Source: an uncultured Desulfobacterales bacterium (lineage in GTDB: Bacteria; Desulfobacterota; Desulfobacteria; Desulfobacterales; JAHEIW01). Taken from it: 64,000 nt of DNA. Both the position numbers and the translations under genes were made by a program. The stretch covers positions 55,401-119,400 of the forward strand of contig CAMYLV010000005.1 of NCBI GenBank assembly GCA_947259495.1, written 5' to 3'. How positions within the stretch are numbered: the stretch's first letter is position 1; every line of letters starts with the position of its first letter. The notes beneath the pieces were generated by a model that was given only the letters and a program-made list of their open reading frames with translations, ran no database searches and was not told the origin of the DNA. Below, in pieces: positions 45,967 to 56,031 of the stretch.

Positions 45967-46634
45967 TCTATGGGATCTAGAAAGGAAGAATCATTATTTC
46001 GCGTGGAATTAACCTCTTTCGATACCGGGTAGCTGATCAATTGGGTCAGGCGTTTCTCCTCCAGAATTTTTTTTAACTCCGTGGTATCCTGATTTTTCGT
46101 ATTCAGCCAGTGCGTATATACTTCGGGTTTGAGAATCACCGGCATACGATGGTGAATTTCGCGGATCGACTCACTGGCTTCGGCCGTAATGATGGTACAT
46201 GATCTGTAAGGCACTTCCGGGTCGTTTTTGTGCCAGGTTTCCCAGAGCCCGGCAAATGCAAAAGGTTTTTTATCGGGCAGTGTAATCAACATGGGTTGCT
46301 TTTGGCCCTTGGGGCCTTTCCATTCGTAAAAGCCATCGGCAATGATCAAGCACCTGCGCATTTTAAAGGCATTTTTAAAGGAGGGCTTTTCGGCAACGGT
46401 TTCAGCGCGAGCATTGATCATGCGGTTTCCGATGGACGGGTCTTTGGCCCAGAACGGTACCAGCCCCCAATGGAATTTATCCAGCCAGTTTTCTCCCTGA
46501 TTATTGAAAATTGCCAAAATCTCCTGCGATGGTGCGACATTGAAATTGGCCGTCACCTCGCAATTGGCGCGGTCAATCGGGAAAAATTCCTGTAGCTCAT
46601 CGAGTTTGCGGTATCCCACAAATCGGCCACACAT
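45963..46634 (-). CDS. SOS response-associated peptidase (SRAP/HMCES, YedK-like)
   Basis: Starts MCGRF (catalytic Cys2); INARAET, GFYEW, IHHRMPVIL. Confidence 0.95.
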   Translation of the reverse strand: MCGRFVGYRKLDELQEFFPIDRANCEVTANFNVAPSQEILAIFNNQGENWLDKFHWGLVPFWAKDPSIGNRMINARAETVAEKPSFKNAFKMRRCLIIADGFYEWKGPKGQKQPMLITLPDKKPFAFAGLWETWHKNDPEVPYRSCTIITAEASESIREIHHRMPVILKPEVYTHWLNTKNQDTTELKKILEEKRLTQLISYPVSKEVNSTRNNDSSFLDPID

Positions 46635-46733
46635 AAGCAATTCCCTCCCGGGTCGAAGCTATTTCAAAAGCGCATTTAAGAAAGCGAACTGCGTTTCTTG
46701 AGATCAGCTTTTAGTAAATACGACTTTAAGGGC

Positions 46734-47048
46734 CTATGCCGGCTCCATTACCTGCACGCTGACCTTCTTGACATAATTCGTAACCGCATCGCGGTAAGAA
46801 AGCATGTGAGCTGTTTTGAGATGGGCAACAAGGTGCTCAAGAGTTTCCCAGGCTTCGACGATGGTCACGACGTTCTTTCTCACCGTTTCCTGGAATGCTA
46901 AACCGGAATCAAGGTCAACGGCCGGCTCATAACCCAAACACCCCTTTTCAGCCTTCACGTATGGCACGTTGTTTTGTAAGATCTTCAGATATTTTTCTCT
47001 CGAACTTGGTCGAAGTTCTATTGTGGCAATGACATGAATCATTCGCAT
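46734..47048 (-). CDS. Putative quinol monooxygenase (ABM family)
   Basis: VKAEKGCLGYE, VEAWETLEHLVAHLKTAHM. Confidence 0.88.
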   Translation of the reverse strand: MRMIHVIATIELRPSSREKYLKILQNNVPYVKAEKGCLGYEPAVDLDSGLAFQETVRKNVVTIVEAWETLEHLVAHLKTAHMLSYRDAVTNYVKKVSVQVMEPA

Positions 47049-47252
47049 GCTCCTCTATGCATTTCAAAACCTAACCTGCTGCAAAATCACATTTATTTCC
47101 AAAAAGGTCTATCAAAAAGATGCCCGGCACCCGGTGCCGGAAAGGGTGATTCCAAATCCATCTCGTCGACGCCAAATAGTATTCCCGAAATCAAGAGACC
47201 CATTGCCCCAAGAACTGGCAAAATTAGCTCCAAAGAGGTTTTGAAATGGCTT

Positions 47253-48065
47253 TTAGTGGTTTTGGATGAACCATTCGATAAGCTGTCTCGCAATACTAAT
47301 CCTGGGAGGAATTTGTGGGAGGTTGTCTTTTCCAAACCAGGCGGCATCGATGATTTCAGATCCATCAATACGAATGTTGCCGCCGCCATAATCGGCTGTA
47401 AAAGCAATCATCAATGAATTCGGAAACGGCCATGGCTGGCTGCCGAAATAGTGGATATTTTTGACCGTTATACCGACTTCTTCGCGGATTTCCCTTTCGA
47501 CACATCCTTCCAGGGTTTCTCCCGGTTCCACAAAACCGGCCAAAACGCTGTAAAACGGCAATTTAAACCGTTTATTGCGCCCGAGCAAAATATGATCATT
47601 TTTTAAGACTGCCACGATAACAGCCGGAGATAAACGGGGGTAATTTGTCAGGTCGCATTGCGGGCAAATTTTGGCCCGCTCGTCTGTCTTAAATTCGGTC
47701 AGTTGTCCGCAGCCGCCACAAAACTGGTGCGTTTGATTCCAATTCACCAGCTGGTTGGCCCGCCCGGCGATCCAGATCAGATTTTCGTCCAATTTGCCAA
47801 ACAGCGCCCGTAAATCTATGGATTCCAGATTCGCTCCCTTTAGTTTATCGTCGGCTATTTCAGCCGCGTAACAGGGGTGGCTGTCCAGGGTGCCAAGATA
47901 CTGTTTGTGAAAAAGAGCGGATTGATATTCCTTTAGATCCCTTGTTTCAGGGATGGTGCAGGTCTCATTTCGGATTTTTACCAGCAGCTGGCCCCCGTCA
48001 TATATAAACCACAGGGCAGTCGCCGGCTCTATCGGTGGGGGTTTAAAATCCGGTATAAATGACAT
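47253..48065 (-). CDS. nudC: NAD(+) diphosphatase NudC
   Basis: Zn finger CGGC/CPQC, YPRLSPAVI, Nudix box GETLEGCVEREIREEVG, SQPWPFPNSLM. Confidence 0.95.
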   Translation of the reverse strand: MSFIPDFKPPPIEPATALWFIYDGGQLLVKIRNETCTIPETRDLKEYQSALFHKQYLGTLDSHPCYAAEIADDKLKGANLESIDLRALFGKLDENLIWIAGRANQLVNWNQTHQFCGGCGQLTEFKTDERAKICPQCDLTNYPRLSPAVIVAVLKNDHILLGRNKRFKLPFYSVLAGFVEPGETLEGCVEREIREEVGITVKNIHYFGSQPWPFPNSLMIAFTADYGGGNIRIDGSEIIDAAWFGKDNLPQIPPRISIARQLIEWFIQNH

Positions 48066-48082
48066 TTTATTGAATTATCTTA

Positions 48083-49351
48083 TTATTTATTCGCTATTTT
48101 TTCAGATATTGCCCGAAACCGACCGGCTTCCTTTGAATTCCCCTCGGCGGCATAAATACGGCTGACCTTTTCATAATAATCAGCGGCCTTGTCGGGAACC
48201 TCCTGGGCCAGGGCAAGATAAAGCTCAAGGATATCGGTGCTGAGCATCCCGGAATCAAAACAAAGGTCCGCGTATCGTTCCTTAATAAACGGGTCGATGC
48301 GTGCGTGACAACTGCGGCACTGTGCCATCATCTCCCGGTATAAATTGCGGGCGTTGGCCAGCTCGTTAAGGGCTTCATGGGTTGTGGCCAGCGCCCGGGC
48401 AATGCGTTCATTCCAACCATAGTCTTTTAGAAATTTTTGATAAATTGTTTTGGCTGCAGTGGGGTCTCCCGCACGGAAAAGCGTCTCTCCTTTTAAAACA
48501 TACACCGCTACGGATTCGGTCAGCTCTTCGGGCACCGAACCCAGCAGGGCTTCCGCGCGGTCAAATGCATTTTTTTCCCAGAAGATTTCACATAAAAGCT
48601 GGTATGCGGGCAGTGCCTGGGGTTGATCTTTCAACAGCGCTTCAAGCAACTGCCGCGCTTCTGTATATCTGTCCAGGTTCAGATAGGCTGTGGCCAGCTC
48701 CAGCGGGATAAAGCTGTCGGCTGACGGATTTTCAGCCATGGCGCTGCTCAAGTAATCAGTCGCAGCGGAAAATTCACCCCGGTTCAATGCCAGATAACCT
48801 TTCTTAAAATTAGCACCATAGCTCAGGTAAGCATTTTGAACATCTTCGGGCAGTGCACCGCACAGAGCTCTGAAGGTTTCGTCTTCCCCTTCGCCCTGTT
48901 GCGGATATTCCGATCTTCCGATTTCAAAAGGGAGGTCATCATCTTCAAAAGGCGGATCATCATCGTCCGGCAGCGATTCTGCAATGGATTTATTCATCTG
49001 AAAATCAAGCAGTTTATGTTTTTCTTCCAGCTCCGATTGAAGCGCTGGATCTTCGGTAAGCTCCAGGGCTAGAATATATAGCTCCCGCGCATCGTCATGA
49101 AAGCCGGCATCGAGCATATCGTCGGCACTGCGTTTATGGCTGCGTGCCAGGGCCTCTTTTACCTTGATTATTTTTTCCTGCAGTCGGGCTTTAAGCTCAG
49201 GGTCCGGCGCTGCTGTGCGTTCCAGTTTCTCCAGGGCGCGTTCATATTCGATCTTGGCTTTGCCCCAAAAATTCGCTGTAAACAGTTCATCGCCGCGATG
49301 CTCGTGCGCAAGGGGCGTTTTGCCTGAAAATTTTTTAAAAAAAGACATCAT
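48083..49351 (-). CDS. TPR-repeat protein
   Basis: Helical repeats with the A/L/Y pattern; CRSC motif; operonic with its neighbours. Confidence 0.8.
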   Translation of the reverse strand: MMSFFKKFSGKTPLAHEHRGDELFTANFWGKAKIEYERALEKLERTAAPDPELKARLQEKIIKVKEALARSHKRSADDMLDAGFHDDARELYILALELTEDPALQSELEEKHKLLDFQMNKSIAESLPDDDDPPFEDDDLPFEIGRSEYPQQGEGEDETFRALCGALPEDVQNAYLSYGANFKKGYLALNRGEFSAATDYLSSAMAENPSADSFIPLELATAYLNLDRYTEARQLLEALLKDQPQALPAYQLLCEIFWEKNAFDRAEALLGSVPEELTESVAVYVLKGETLFRAGDPTAAKTIYQKFLKDYGWNERIARALATTHEALNELANARNLYREMMAQCRSCHARIDPFIKERYADLCFDSGMLSTDILELYLALAQEVPDKAADYYEKVSRIYAAEGNSKEAGRFRAISEKIANK

Positions 49352-49394
49352 TCTTTTTTTGTGGCACATCGCTGCTTATCAAACACTTTAATTT

Positions 49395-49760
49395 TTACCT
49401 GCCGGGCACGATGATTCGGGAATCCGGTTTTTCAATGCGATCCCCTTGTTGCTCCTGATATTTTTTCGCCTCCTCAGCCAGTCGATCCATAGCGACTTTC
49501 ATGGCATCCGGAAATTTCTTGATCGCCTGTTGCAGATCTTTGGCCTGAATGACAGCCTGCAGCGGCAATGGCCCGCCGGGGGTCATCAAAGACGTGTGGG
49601 CGACGAAAACGGCTTTGCGGGTTTTGTCCACAGTGCCATCAGACTTAACGGGTGTCATGCGCTTGATCATACCAACTTTAAGATCTGTAAAGGTTTCTTC
49701 TTTATAAAAATTGCTGCGATCCAGCTTTAATTCGGTCGGTTGCTGTTGTTCTTCTGTCAT
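49395..49760 (-). CDS. Conserved-type hypothetical cytoplasmic protein
   Basis: FYKEETFTDLKVG..PVKSDG..D; C-terminal SRIIVPG; AGGAG SD. Confidence 0.8.
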   Translation of the reverse strand: MTEEQQQPTELKLDRSNFYKEETFTDLKVGMIKRMTPVKSDGTVDKTRKAVFVAHTSLMTPGGPLPLQAVIQAKDLQQAIKKFPDAMKVAMDRLAEEAKKYQEQQGDRIEKPDSRIIVPGR

Positions 49761-50024
49761 TATCTTCTCTCCTTATATCGGATTCGTGTTTCTCAAACTG
49801 CTATTCTGGATAAATTAAAAGCGCAAGGTAACAGATCAAAACACATAACGCAATGTTTTTGGACCGCGATCCAGCGATCCATTGCCGCCACCCGGCAGAA
49901 ACCCTGGCATAAATTTTACAATTTCGTACAAAAGCAGAAGCAGTTGCCAGACGGGAATTTCAGCCTTAGCTTTAACATTATATAGTCTTCTACAAAGACA
50001 TCATGGTCAATCACAGACAGATAA

Positions 50025-50723
50025 ATGCAGAACGAACGAAGAAAAATAACCCGACGGGATTTTATGGCGATGACCGGCGGCAGCCTGGTATCCATCGGGC
50101 TGCCGGGTTTATTTGTTAAACTCACGGATTCTGAAAACCGGGCATGGGCCGCCGACCTCAGGCCTGACGGGCGACCCCGTATTCCGCCGGGTCAGCATGC
50201 GGTTAAAGCGCTGGTTCCTATGGGGGGTGCTGCCGGACCCGGCAAAATTGACGACTGGCATCTGAAGATCAGCGGCCTGGTCGAGCAACCGCAAACGATC
50301 AGCTTTCGGAATTTGATGGGTTTAAACCAAGTGAATCTGACCTGCGATGTGCATTGTGTTACCGGCTGGACCCTGCTGGATTCTAAATGGGCCGGCATTC
50401 GAATCACAGAAATCATTAAACGGGTCGGCGTCAAAAACAGCGCCCGGTTCGTCATTTTCGAGGGGCATGCCGGTTACTCCAGTAACATACCCCTCGATGA
50501 AGCCGTCAAGGAAAATGCCATTCTAGCGCATCAATTTTTTGGGAAACGGCTGCCCAAAGCACACGGTGCACCACTACGTGCATTGATACCGGACCGTTAT
50601 TTTTACAAAAGTGTGAAATGGCTTGAAGAGGTTCGATTTTCCGATATTGATGAGCCGGGATACTATGAAAGCAGCGGATATTCGAACACGGCGGATCCCT
50701 GGAAAGAGGAACGCTTCGATTAA
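50025..50723 (+). CDS. Molybdopterin-dependent oxidoreductase (sulfite-oxidase family, YuiH/MsrP-like) with a Tat-like signal
   Basis: TRRDFM; RIPPGQH, DVHCVTGWT, HGAPLR, YFYKSVKWL, DPWKEER. Confidence 0.9.
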   Translation: MQNERRKITRRDFMAMTGGSLVSIGLPGLFVKLTDSENRAWAADLRPDGRPRIPPGQHAVKALVPMGGAAGPGKIDDWHLKISGLVEQPQTISFRNLMGLNQVNLTCDVHCVTGWTLLDSKWAGIRITEIIKRVGVKNSARFVIFEGHAGYSSNIPLDEAVKENAILAHQFFGKRLPKAHGAPLRALIPDRYFYKSVKWLEEVRFSDIDEPGYYESSGYSNTADPWKEERFD

Positions 50724-50727
50724 AACT

Positions 50728-51978
50728 TCATATTTTGTCTGAACGCAGTCCTTTACCCCCCTTCACCAATTTGCCGATGGTCAACCCCTGAACGATAATG
50801 GAAAAAACCACGATGATGTAGGTAACCGCCAGGATCGCTTCGCGGTTTGGACCGGCCGGTAAAGACAGGGCCAGGGCGACCGATATGCCGCCCCGCAGAC
50901 CGCCCCAGGTCAGGATTTTGATAACATGGGGACTGAAGGTTCGAAAGGGTTTGAGAAGCACCACCGGAATACCGACGCATATAAAACGAGCGGCCAGCAG
51001 AAGGGGAATCAGAATGATTCCCGCTAACAGATAGGACCGATTGAAGGTCAGAATCAAAACCTCAAGGCCGATCATTACGAACAGGACGGCATTTAGTATT
51101 TCATCAACCAGTTCCCAGAATTTGTCGAGATGATCGCGGACTTCATCTGACATGGCCAGCATGCGACCATGATTGCCGATCAGCAGCCCGGCCACCACGA
51201 TGGCAATCGGCCCGGAAAGGTGCAGAGTGTCGGCAAGCGCAAAGCCGCCGGTTACCAGGGCCAGGGTAATCAGAATTTCGACCTGGTAGTTTTCCACACT
51301 TTTCAGCATCCAATAGGCAATTGCCCCGATGAGCAGCCCGAAAACCATACCGCCAAGCGCTTCTTTTATGAACAATCCTGCCACCGAAGCGACTGTGACG
51401 CCCTGGGTCCCGGTGGCGATTTCCAATATGACCAGAAACACCACCACCGCAACACCATCGTTAAACAGGGATTCACCGGTAATTTTGGTTTCGAGGCTTG
51501 CGGGCACTCTGGCTTTTTTTAAAATACCCATGACCGCGATGGGATCTGTCGGCGAGATCAGGGCGCCGAACAATAGGCAATAGATAAAAGGCAAATTGAT
51601 ACCCAGCCAGCCCAGCACCCACCAGCTGGCAAAGCCGATGATAAAGGTGGACCCGATAACCCCCAGCGTGGCCAGCGTGCTGATAATGTATTTTTGTCTG
51701 GACAGATCCACCAGGTTAACATGCAGGGCCCCGGCAAACAGCAGGAAACTGAGCATTCCGTGCAGTAAGGTTTCATCAAAATCGATGCTGTTCAGCAAGA
51801 TACGAGCATTTTCTTCGAGCCCAAACCCGAGCGAACCCAGGGCGATCAGTCCCAGCGAAGCTAGCAGGGAAATCGCCATTACACCGATGGTGGTCGGCAA
51901 CCGGATAAAGCGATGGTTGATATAGCTGAAAACCGCTGAAAGGGTGATCAGGATTGCCAATATATTGAAAAGTTTCAT
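50728..51978 (-). CDS. CPA1-family Na+/H+ antiporter
   Basis: ALISPTDPIAV, GESLFNDGVAVV, WGGLRGGISVALAL. Confidence 0.94.
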   Translation of the reverse strand: MKLFNILAILITLSAVFSYINHRFIRLPTTIGVMAISLLASLGLIALGSLGFGLEENARILLNSIDFDETLLHGMLSFLLFAGALHVNLVDLSRQKYIISTLATLGVIGSTFIIGFASWWVLGWLGINLPFIYCLLFGALISPTDPIAVMGILKKARVPASLETKITGESLFNDGVAVVVFLVILEIATGTQGVTVASVAGLFIKEALGGMVFGLLIGAIAYWMLKSVENYQVEILITLALVTGGFALADTLHLSGPIAIVVAGLLIGNHGRMLAMSDEVRDHLDKFWELVDEILNAVLFVMIGLEVLILTFNRSYLLAGIILIPLLLAARFICVGIPVVLLKPFRTFSPHVIKILTWGGLRGGISVALALSLPAGPNREAILAVTYIIVVFSIIVQGLTIGKLVKGGKGLRSDKI

Positions 51979-52008
51979 TATCTATTATTTTTTGAGATAG
52001 CTTCTAAG

Positions 52009-53181
52009 TCATAGATTTCTTTTGGGCAGCATCAGAATAAACGGAATCGCGGTCAGCCCCATTATGGCGCTCACAAAATAGGTGGCGCGCAGGCCGATCA
52101 AGTCCCCGATTAAACCTACCAATACGACGATTGCCGAACGCGCCATGAACGATGCCATCATGAAAAATCCATTGGCGGCAGACGGGCTGCTTTTGGCGTG
52201 TTCCTGCACAAGTGCCAGCATAACCGGGGTTGTCGACAGCAAGGTAAATCCGATAACCAGTAAGGTCAAGAAACGAACCCACCCGCCAACCCAGGCGAAT
52301 ATGAGTAAACTTAAAGGAGCGCCCAGCAAAGAAATCAGCAAAATTCGGCGGCGGCCAAAACGATCGCTGAGGAACCCGGCCGCAAACACACCGCCGACAC
52401 CGCTGATTTCAAAAAGCGTGAGGGCGGCGCCGGCCAGCCAAAGATCACCAGTTTCCAATTTAATGAAGGTTGGCAAAAAAGCCGTTATGGACGCATGCAT
52501 AAATCCCCGCGCCAGAAGTATTGCCGTCAAAGGCATGAGAATGAATCGCAATTCGCGCCAGGTTTGCAGAACGGATAATTTGCGGTTGTGATTTACGGTT
52601 ATCGGTACCTCCCGAAAGTTGAAATACAACCAGGCCGAAGCCGCCAGACCGAAGATCATAATGGGATAGAAGCCTTCGAGCCCATAAAGAGAAACCATCC
52701 CCACCGCAACCAGGGGTCCGACCGCTCTGGCAAGCTCACCTCCGGTCATGTAGAAACTCATTCCACGGCCTTTTTTTGAGCCGGCCAAACGCGATATCAT
52801 CACCGGGGAAGGGACGTGAAAAAGCGAAACGCTGATGCCCGTTATAAATAATAATATTAATAAAATACCATAGCTGGGGGCCGTCCCGATCAGGCTCATC
52901 GGAACAGCAGTCAGGGCAGGCGCAAGAATGATAAAGTAGCGAACGCTGATTCTGTCAGCCAAAATGCCGATATATGGATTCATGAGTGCGGGAATCTGCA
53001 TGACCGAAGAAAGAAACCCGGCCTGTGTCAAAGACATGGACAGTTTTTCGATCAGAAGGGGTAGAAGCGGCGACAGAAAACTGGAATAGATATCGTGAAT
53101 AAAATGGCAAAGCGAAAGCACAACGATACGGCCGGTTTTAAAGTCGACCGATTCGCGATCATGTGATGGCTTGCGGGTCAT
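52009..53181 (-). CDS. MFS transporter (Fsr-like)
   Basis: HFIHDIYSSFLSPLLP, GILADR, GFLSDRFGRR. Start at ATG 53181; the longer ORF start lies inside a repeat. Confidence 0.92.
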   Translation of the reverse strand: MTRKPSHDRESVDFKTGRIVVLSLCHFIHDIYSSFLSPLLPLLIEKLSMSLTQAGFLSSVMQIPALMNPYIGILADRISVRYFIILAPALTAVPMSLIGTAPSYGILLILLFITGISVSLFHVPSPVMISRLAGSKKGRGMSFYMTGGELARAVGPLVAVGMVSLYGLEGFYPIMIFGLAASAWLYFNFREVPITVNHNRKLSVLQTWRELRFILMPLTAILLARGFMHASITAFLPTFIKLETGDLWLAGAALTLFEISGVGGVFAAGFLSDRFGRRRILLISLLGAPLSLLIFAWVGGWVRFLTLLVIGFTLLSTTPVMLALVQEHAKSSPSAANGFFMMASFMARSAIVVLVGLIGDLIGLRATYFVSAIMGLTAIPFILMLPKRNL

Positions 53182-53185
53182 GAAG

Positions 53186-53288
53186 TTACACCGCTTGTCA
53201 TAATAATGTTCCAAAAAAAGGATGGCGGCATAAGTGTTGTAGCAAAAAAACGTCCCGCAACCGGAACGTTTTTTTGACAACCACTATA
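53186..53288 (-). repeat. Dispersed ~104-bp hairpin repeat, copy E
   Basis: TTACACCGCTTGTCATAATAATGTTCC...GCGGCATAAGTGTTGTAGCAAAAAAACG...CGTTTTTTTGACAACCACTATA; ends 4 bp before the MFS ATG. Confidence 0.88.
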
Positions 53289-53469
53289 TGTGTCGCTGAC
53301 GGCTGATGATGATTTTTGGACGCATGGCCTTTTCCCCCGAAAACGCTAATGAATCTTAATTTAACCGGAATGTCAATCCCCTTGCTTTTAGTTTCCCAGA
53401 TCTTATCTTAGGATTCGTTCATACGGGCTGCACGGCCCTTCGATATATTTTACAAAAGGAGATTTAACC

Positions 53470-53670
53470 ATGGCCAGAAGAGTTGTCATTGATGCCGACG
53501 AATGTATCGGCTGTGAGAGCTGCGTTGAGCTTTGCGCAGAAGTTTTTGCCTTTAATGAAGACGAGGAAAAAGCGGAAGTCATCATGCCTGAAGGCGGTCC
53601 GGAAGACTGTATTGAAGAAGCGATTGAGACGTGTCCGGTTGATTGTATTGCCTGGGAGGACGCCGACTAA
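53470..53670 (+). CDS. Single-cluster [4Fe-4S] ferredoxin
   Basis: CIGCESC...CPVDCI; AGGAG SD. Confidence 0.95.
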   Translation: MARRVVIDADECIGCESCVELCAEVFAFNEDEEKAEVIMPEGGPEDCIEEAIETCPVDCIAWEDAD

Positions 53671-53814
53671 AACTGATTGCAGAACTCTCATCTCTTGCCC
53701 GAGGGCTTTGTTAAAATTCGGTTCAAAATACTCGCGTACTATCGTGTACGCTCCGTTTTTGAATCGAATTTCGTCTTGCCCTCGAACAAGGTTTAAAAGC
53801 TCTGCAATCAGTTT
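53670..53814. repeat. 145-bp long palindromic element (RPE/MITE-like)
   Basis: Terminal IR AAACTGATTGCAGA/TCTGCAATCAGTTT; inner arms GAGGGC/GCCCTC and AAATTCGGTTCAAAA/TTTTGAATCGAATTT; apical CGTAC/GTACG. Confidence 0.85.
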
Positions 53815-53961
53815 AATTGGCCATAAAATAAGCACCTTTTCAGCCTCGCGCCGGTTGAGCACCCTAATTTATGTCTAAATAGATGTGAAATCCCGCCAGC
53901 AGGCGGGATCCCTGAACCAAAACCTCAGTATTTAGAAACGCGTTTAGCTTTTTAAATAAGA

Positions 53962-54024
53962 CCGTTTTTGAATCGAATTTCGCCTTGCCCTCGAACAAGA
54001 TCTAAAAGCTCTGCAATCAGTTTA
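53962..54024. repeat. Right-half copy of the 53670-53814 element
   Basis: CCGTTTTTGAATCGAATTTCGCCTTGCCCTCGAACAAGATCTAAAAGCTCTGCAATCAGTTTA, near-identical to 53753-53815. Confidence 0.9.
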
Positions 54025-54058
54025 GCGGTAGCAGCCCTTAAAACTGTTTTTAAATTTT

Positions 54059-54085
54059 CTTTGTGTTCTTTGTGCTCTTCGTGGT
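54059..54085. repeat. Three-unit 9-nt repeat
   Basis: CTTTGTGTT CTTTGTGCT CTTCGTGGT. Confidence 0.55.
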
Positions 54086-54119
54086 CGTATTTCTGCGCTG
54101 ATAATCCTGAGGCTATTTT

Positions 54120-55052
54120 CTAATCGTCAAACTCACCGATCAGCTTAACTTCTCTTTCCAGCTTCACCCCGAACCGCTGCCAGACCCTGTCTTCAATCTT
54201 GCGGATCAGGCGGAATACATCGGCAGCCTTAGCATTGTCTGTGTTTAGAATAAATCCGGCATGTCTGGGACTGATCATGGCACCCCCGGCGCGCTCGCCC
54301 TTTAAACCGGCTTCTTCGATCAATGCGCCCGCGTAATAGCCCGGAGGGCGTTTGAAAACGCTGCCGCATGAAGGATAATCCAGGGGTTGTTTTTTCGCAC
54401 GCAGCGCCAGAATATCATTCATGCGCTGTTTTAACATCTTAGCATCTGCTGGCTTAAAATGGAATTGTGCGCTGGTGAGGACGATGCGCTCCAGATCCGG
54501 AGCCTGGCGGTAACCGAAACCAATCTCCTTGCGCTCAGCTGCAAATGATTTGCCGTCCAGGTGGAAGCCCTGGACTTTTACGATTGTCTGCGCGATTTCC
54601 TGTCCGAAAGCCCCGGCATTCATGCGCAGCGCGCCGCCAATGCTGCCGGGGATTCCCGCCATCAACTCCATACCGCCGTGGCCGTGGTCGACTGCATACC
54701 GGATCAGGTCCAGCAAACGGGTGCCCGCCAGAACGGTTGCTGCTGAGCCACCAAAGCGCCAGCCGCTGAGATTGACGCCCAGATAGAGCGTCACCCCCGG
54801 CCAACCTTTATCCGAAACCAGTAAATTCGAACCGAGTCCCATGATAAACAGCGGGATGTTGCCTGAATGCACAATTGCAAGCACTTCTCTGATGCTCGTC
54901 TCGGTTTGGGGAGCAACCCACACCGCGGTGGGGCCGCCGATTTTGTAGCTGGTGTAGGGCGCGATTATTTCATTGGTTTTTACCTCAACGGCCGCCATCC
55001 GGGCCAATCGCTCGGCTATCTGTGCCGTATCCAAATTTTTGCTCACACCCAC
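54120..55052 (-). CDS. murB: UDP-N-acetylenolpyruvoylglucosamine reductase
   Basis: YKIGGP, GLGSNLL, GIPGSIGGALRMNAGAFG, QPLDYPSCGSVFKRP, HAGFILN, LEREV; GTG start at 55052 or 55046. Confidence 0.95.
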   Translation of the reverse strand: MGVSKNLDTAQIAERLARMAAVEVKTNEIIAPYTSYKIGGPTAVWVAPQTETSIREVLAIVHSGNIPLFIMGLGSNLLVSDKGWPGVTLYLGVNLSGWRFGGSAATVLAGTRLLDLIRYAVDHGHGGMELMAGIPGSIGGALRMNAGAFGQEIAQTIVKVQGFHLDGKSFAAERKEIGFGYRQAPDLERIVLTSAQFHFKPADAKMLKQRMNDILALRAKKQPLDYPSCGSVFKRPPGYYAGALIEEAGLKGERAGGAMISPRHAGFILNTDNAKAADVFRLIRKIEDRVWQRFGVKLEREVKLIGEFDD

Positions 55053-55053
55053 C

Positions 55054-55626
55054 TCATTCTCCTTGCACCCAAGAAAGCACCAGATCGATTTGCGGGTTGG
55101 ATTCAGGCGATAATCGGTCCTGCGTCGTTGTATTTTGCCTGAGTTGCTGCAGCAGCTGAATAGCTTTTCGACCGGTGGCATATCCATGTCGGGACAGATA
55201 ACAACCGACAACCGTACCGGTGCGGCCGACCCCTCCCAGACAATGGACATAAACGGGTTTACGGGCTTCAATTTTTTGATCTACCCGGTCTAAAATTCGC
55301 GCCATATCGATGCGGGTGGGAATCCCCATATCTTTTATGGGGATACGATCGAAGGTAACCTCACACCCCAGTTCTCGGGCAATCGCTCGCGTCTGGTCTT
55401 CGTAGGGAACGATAGGTTTGTCGTACCAGCGCATCTCGTCGGTCTGCATCAGGCTGATAAAATGGCGGATACCGCACTTCAGCAGCGCACTTAATTTTAG
55501 GTGGCCATCCCGGCCGAGCGCCGCTCCCGGATAATAACCGGCCATGAGCCGATCCGGTACGACCCAGTAAGCCTGATCAAACGGCACCTTTTTTTTTAAA
55601 TCGACCTTCAAATATTGGGGGGTCAT
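55054..55626 (-). CDS. Dual-specificity/protein-tyrosine phosphatase family protein
   Basis: HCLGGVGRTG (CX5R), PIKDMGIP. Start set at ATG 55626; the longer ORF extends into a repeat. Confidence 0.88.
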   Translation of the reverse strand: MTPQYLKVDLKKKVPFDQAYWVVPDRLMAGYYPGAALGRDGHLKLSALLKCGIRHFISLMQTDEMRWYDKPIVPYEDQTRAIARELGCEVTFDRIPIKDMGIPTRIDMARILDRVDQKIEARKPVYVHCLGGVGRTGTVVGCYLSRHGYATGRKAIQLLQQLRQNTTTQDRLSPESNPQIDLVLSWVQGE

Positions 55627-55688
55627 GTATGTCTCCGGCACCGCCAACGTATTCGTTTCATTGACGAAAATATTCAGCCGTGTTCCTG

Positions 55689-55795
55689 TTATACCGTTTT
55701 CCATAATAATGTTCCGGAATAAGAAAGTGTGGCCTAAGCGGTTGTAGAAAAAAGCGTTTGAATACCGGAACGTTTTTTTTTGACAACCCCTATAA
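55689..55795 (-). repeat. Dispersed ~104-bp hairpin repeat, copy F
   Basis: TTATACCGTTTTCCATAATAATGTTCCGGAATA...GGTTGTAGAAAAAAGCGTTTGAATACCGGAACGTTTTTTTTTGACAACCCCTATAA. Confidence 0.92.
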
Positions 55796-55909
55796 AGCAC
55801 AAAGTCTTCTGAAAAGCAATTTCGGGTGCTGCGGTTGACAAGACTTGATTTATTTTATCAGGGTCTTAATTTCTGAGCAGTCCGGGTGTTCATCGCCAAC
55901 AAAATAAAA

Positions 55910-56013
55910 TTATACCGCTTTTCATATTAATACTCAAAATGGTGGAATTGCGGCATAAGGGGTTGTAGAAAAAACGTTTTGATATCGTAGCGTTTTTTTG
56001 ACAACCACTACAA
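55910..56013 (-). repeat. Dispersed ~104-bp hairpin repeat, copy G
   Basis: TTATACCGCTTTTCATATTAAT...GCGGCATAAGGGGTTGTAGAAAAAACGTT...CGTTTTTTTGACAACCACTACAA. Confidence 0.88.
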
Positions 56014-56031
56014 ACCGGTCGCGAGGATGAG

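Noticed and set aside
53182-53280. N-terminal extension of the MFS ORF (MSKKRSGCGTFF...)
   Set aside because: It is a translation of repeat copy E. A similar peptide arises from copy H (60463-60780), so it is treated as an ORF-calling artefact.
55053-55271. N-terminal 73 aa of the murB ORF call
   Set aside because: It overlaps the phosphatase CDS in another frame. MurB similarity and an SD begin near 55052.
55627-55800. N-terminal extension of the phosphatase ORF, and ORFs 13536-13889, 33409-33701 and 60463-60780
   Set aside because: They derive from the dispersed repeat, with no SD or domain evidence. Peptide exaptation cannot be excluded without proteomics.
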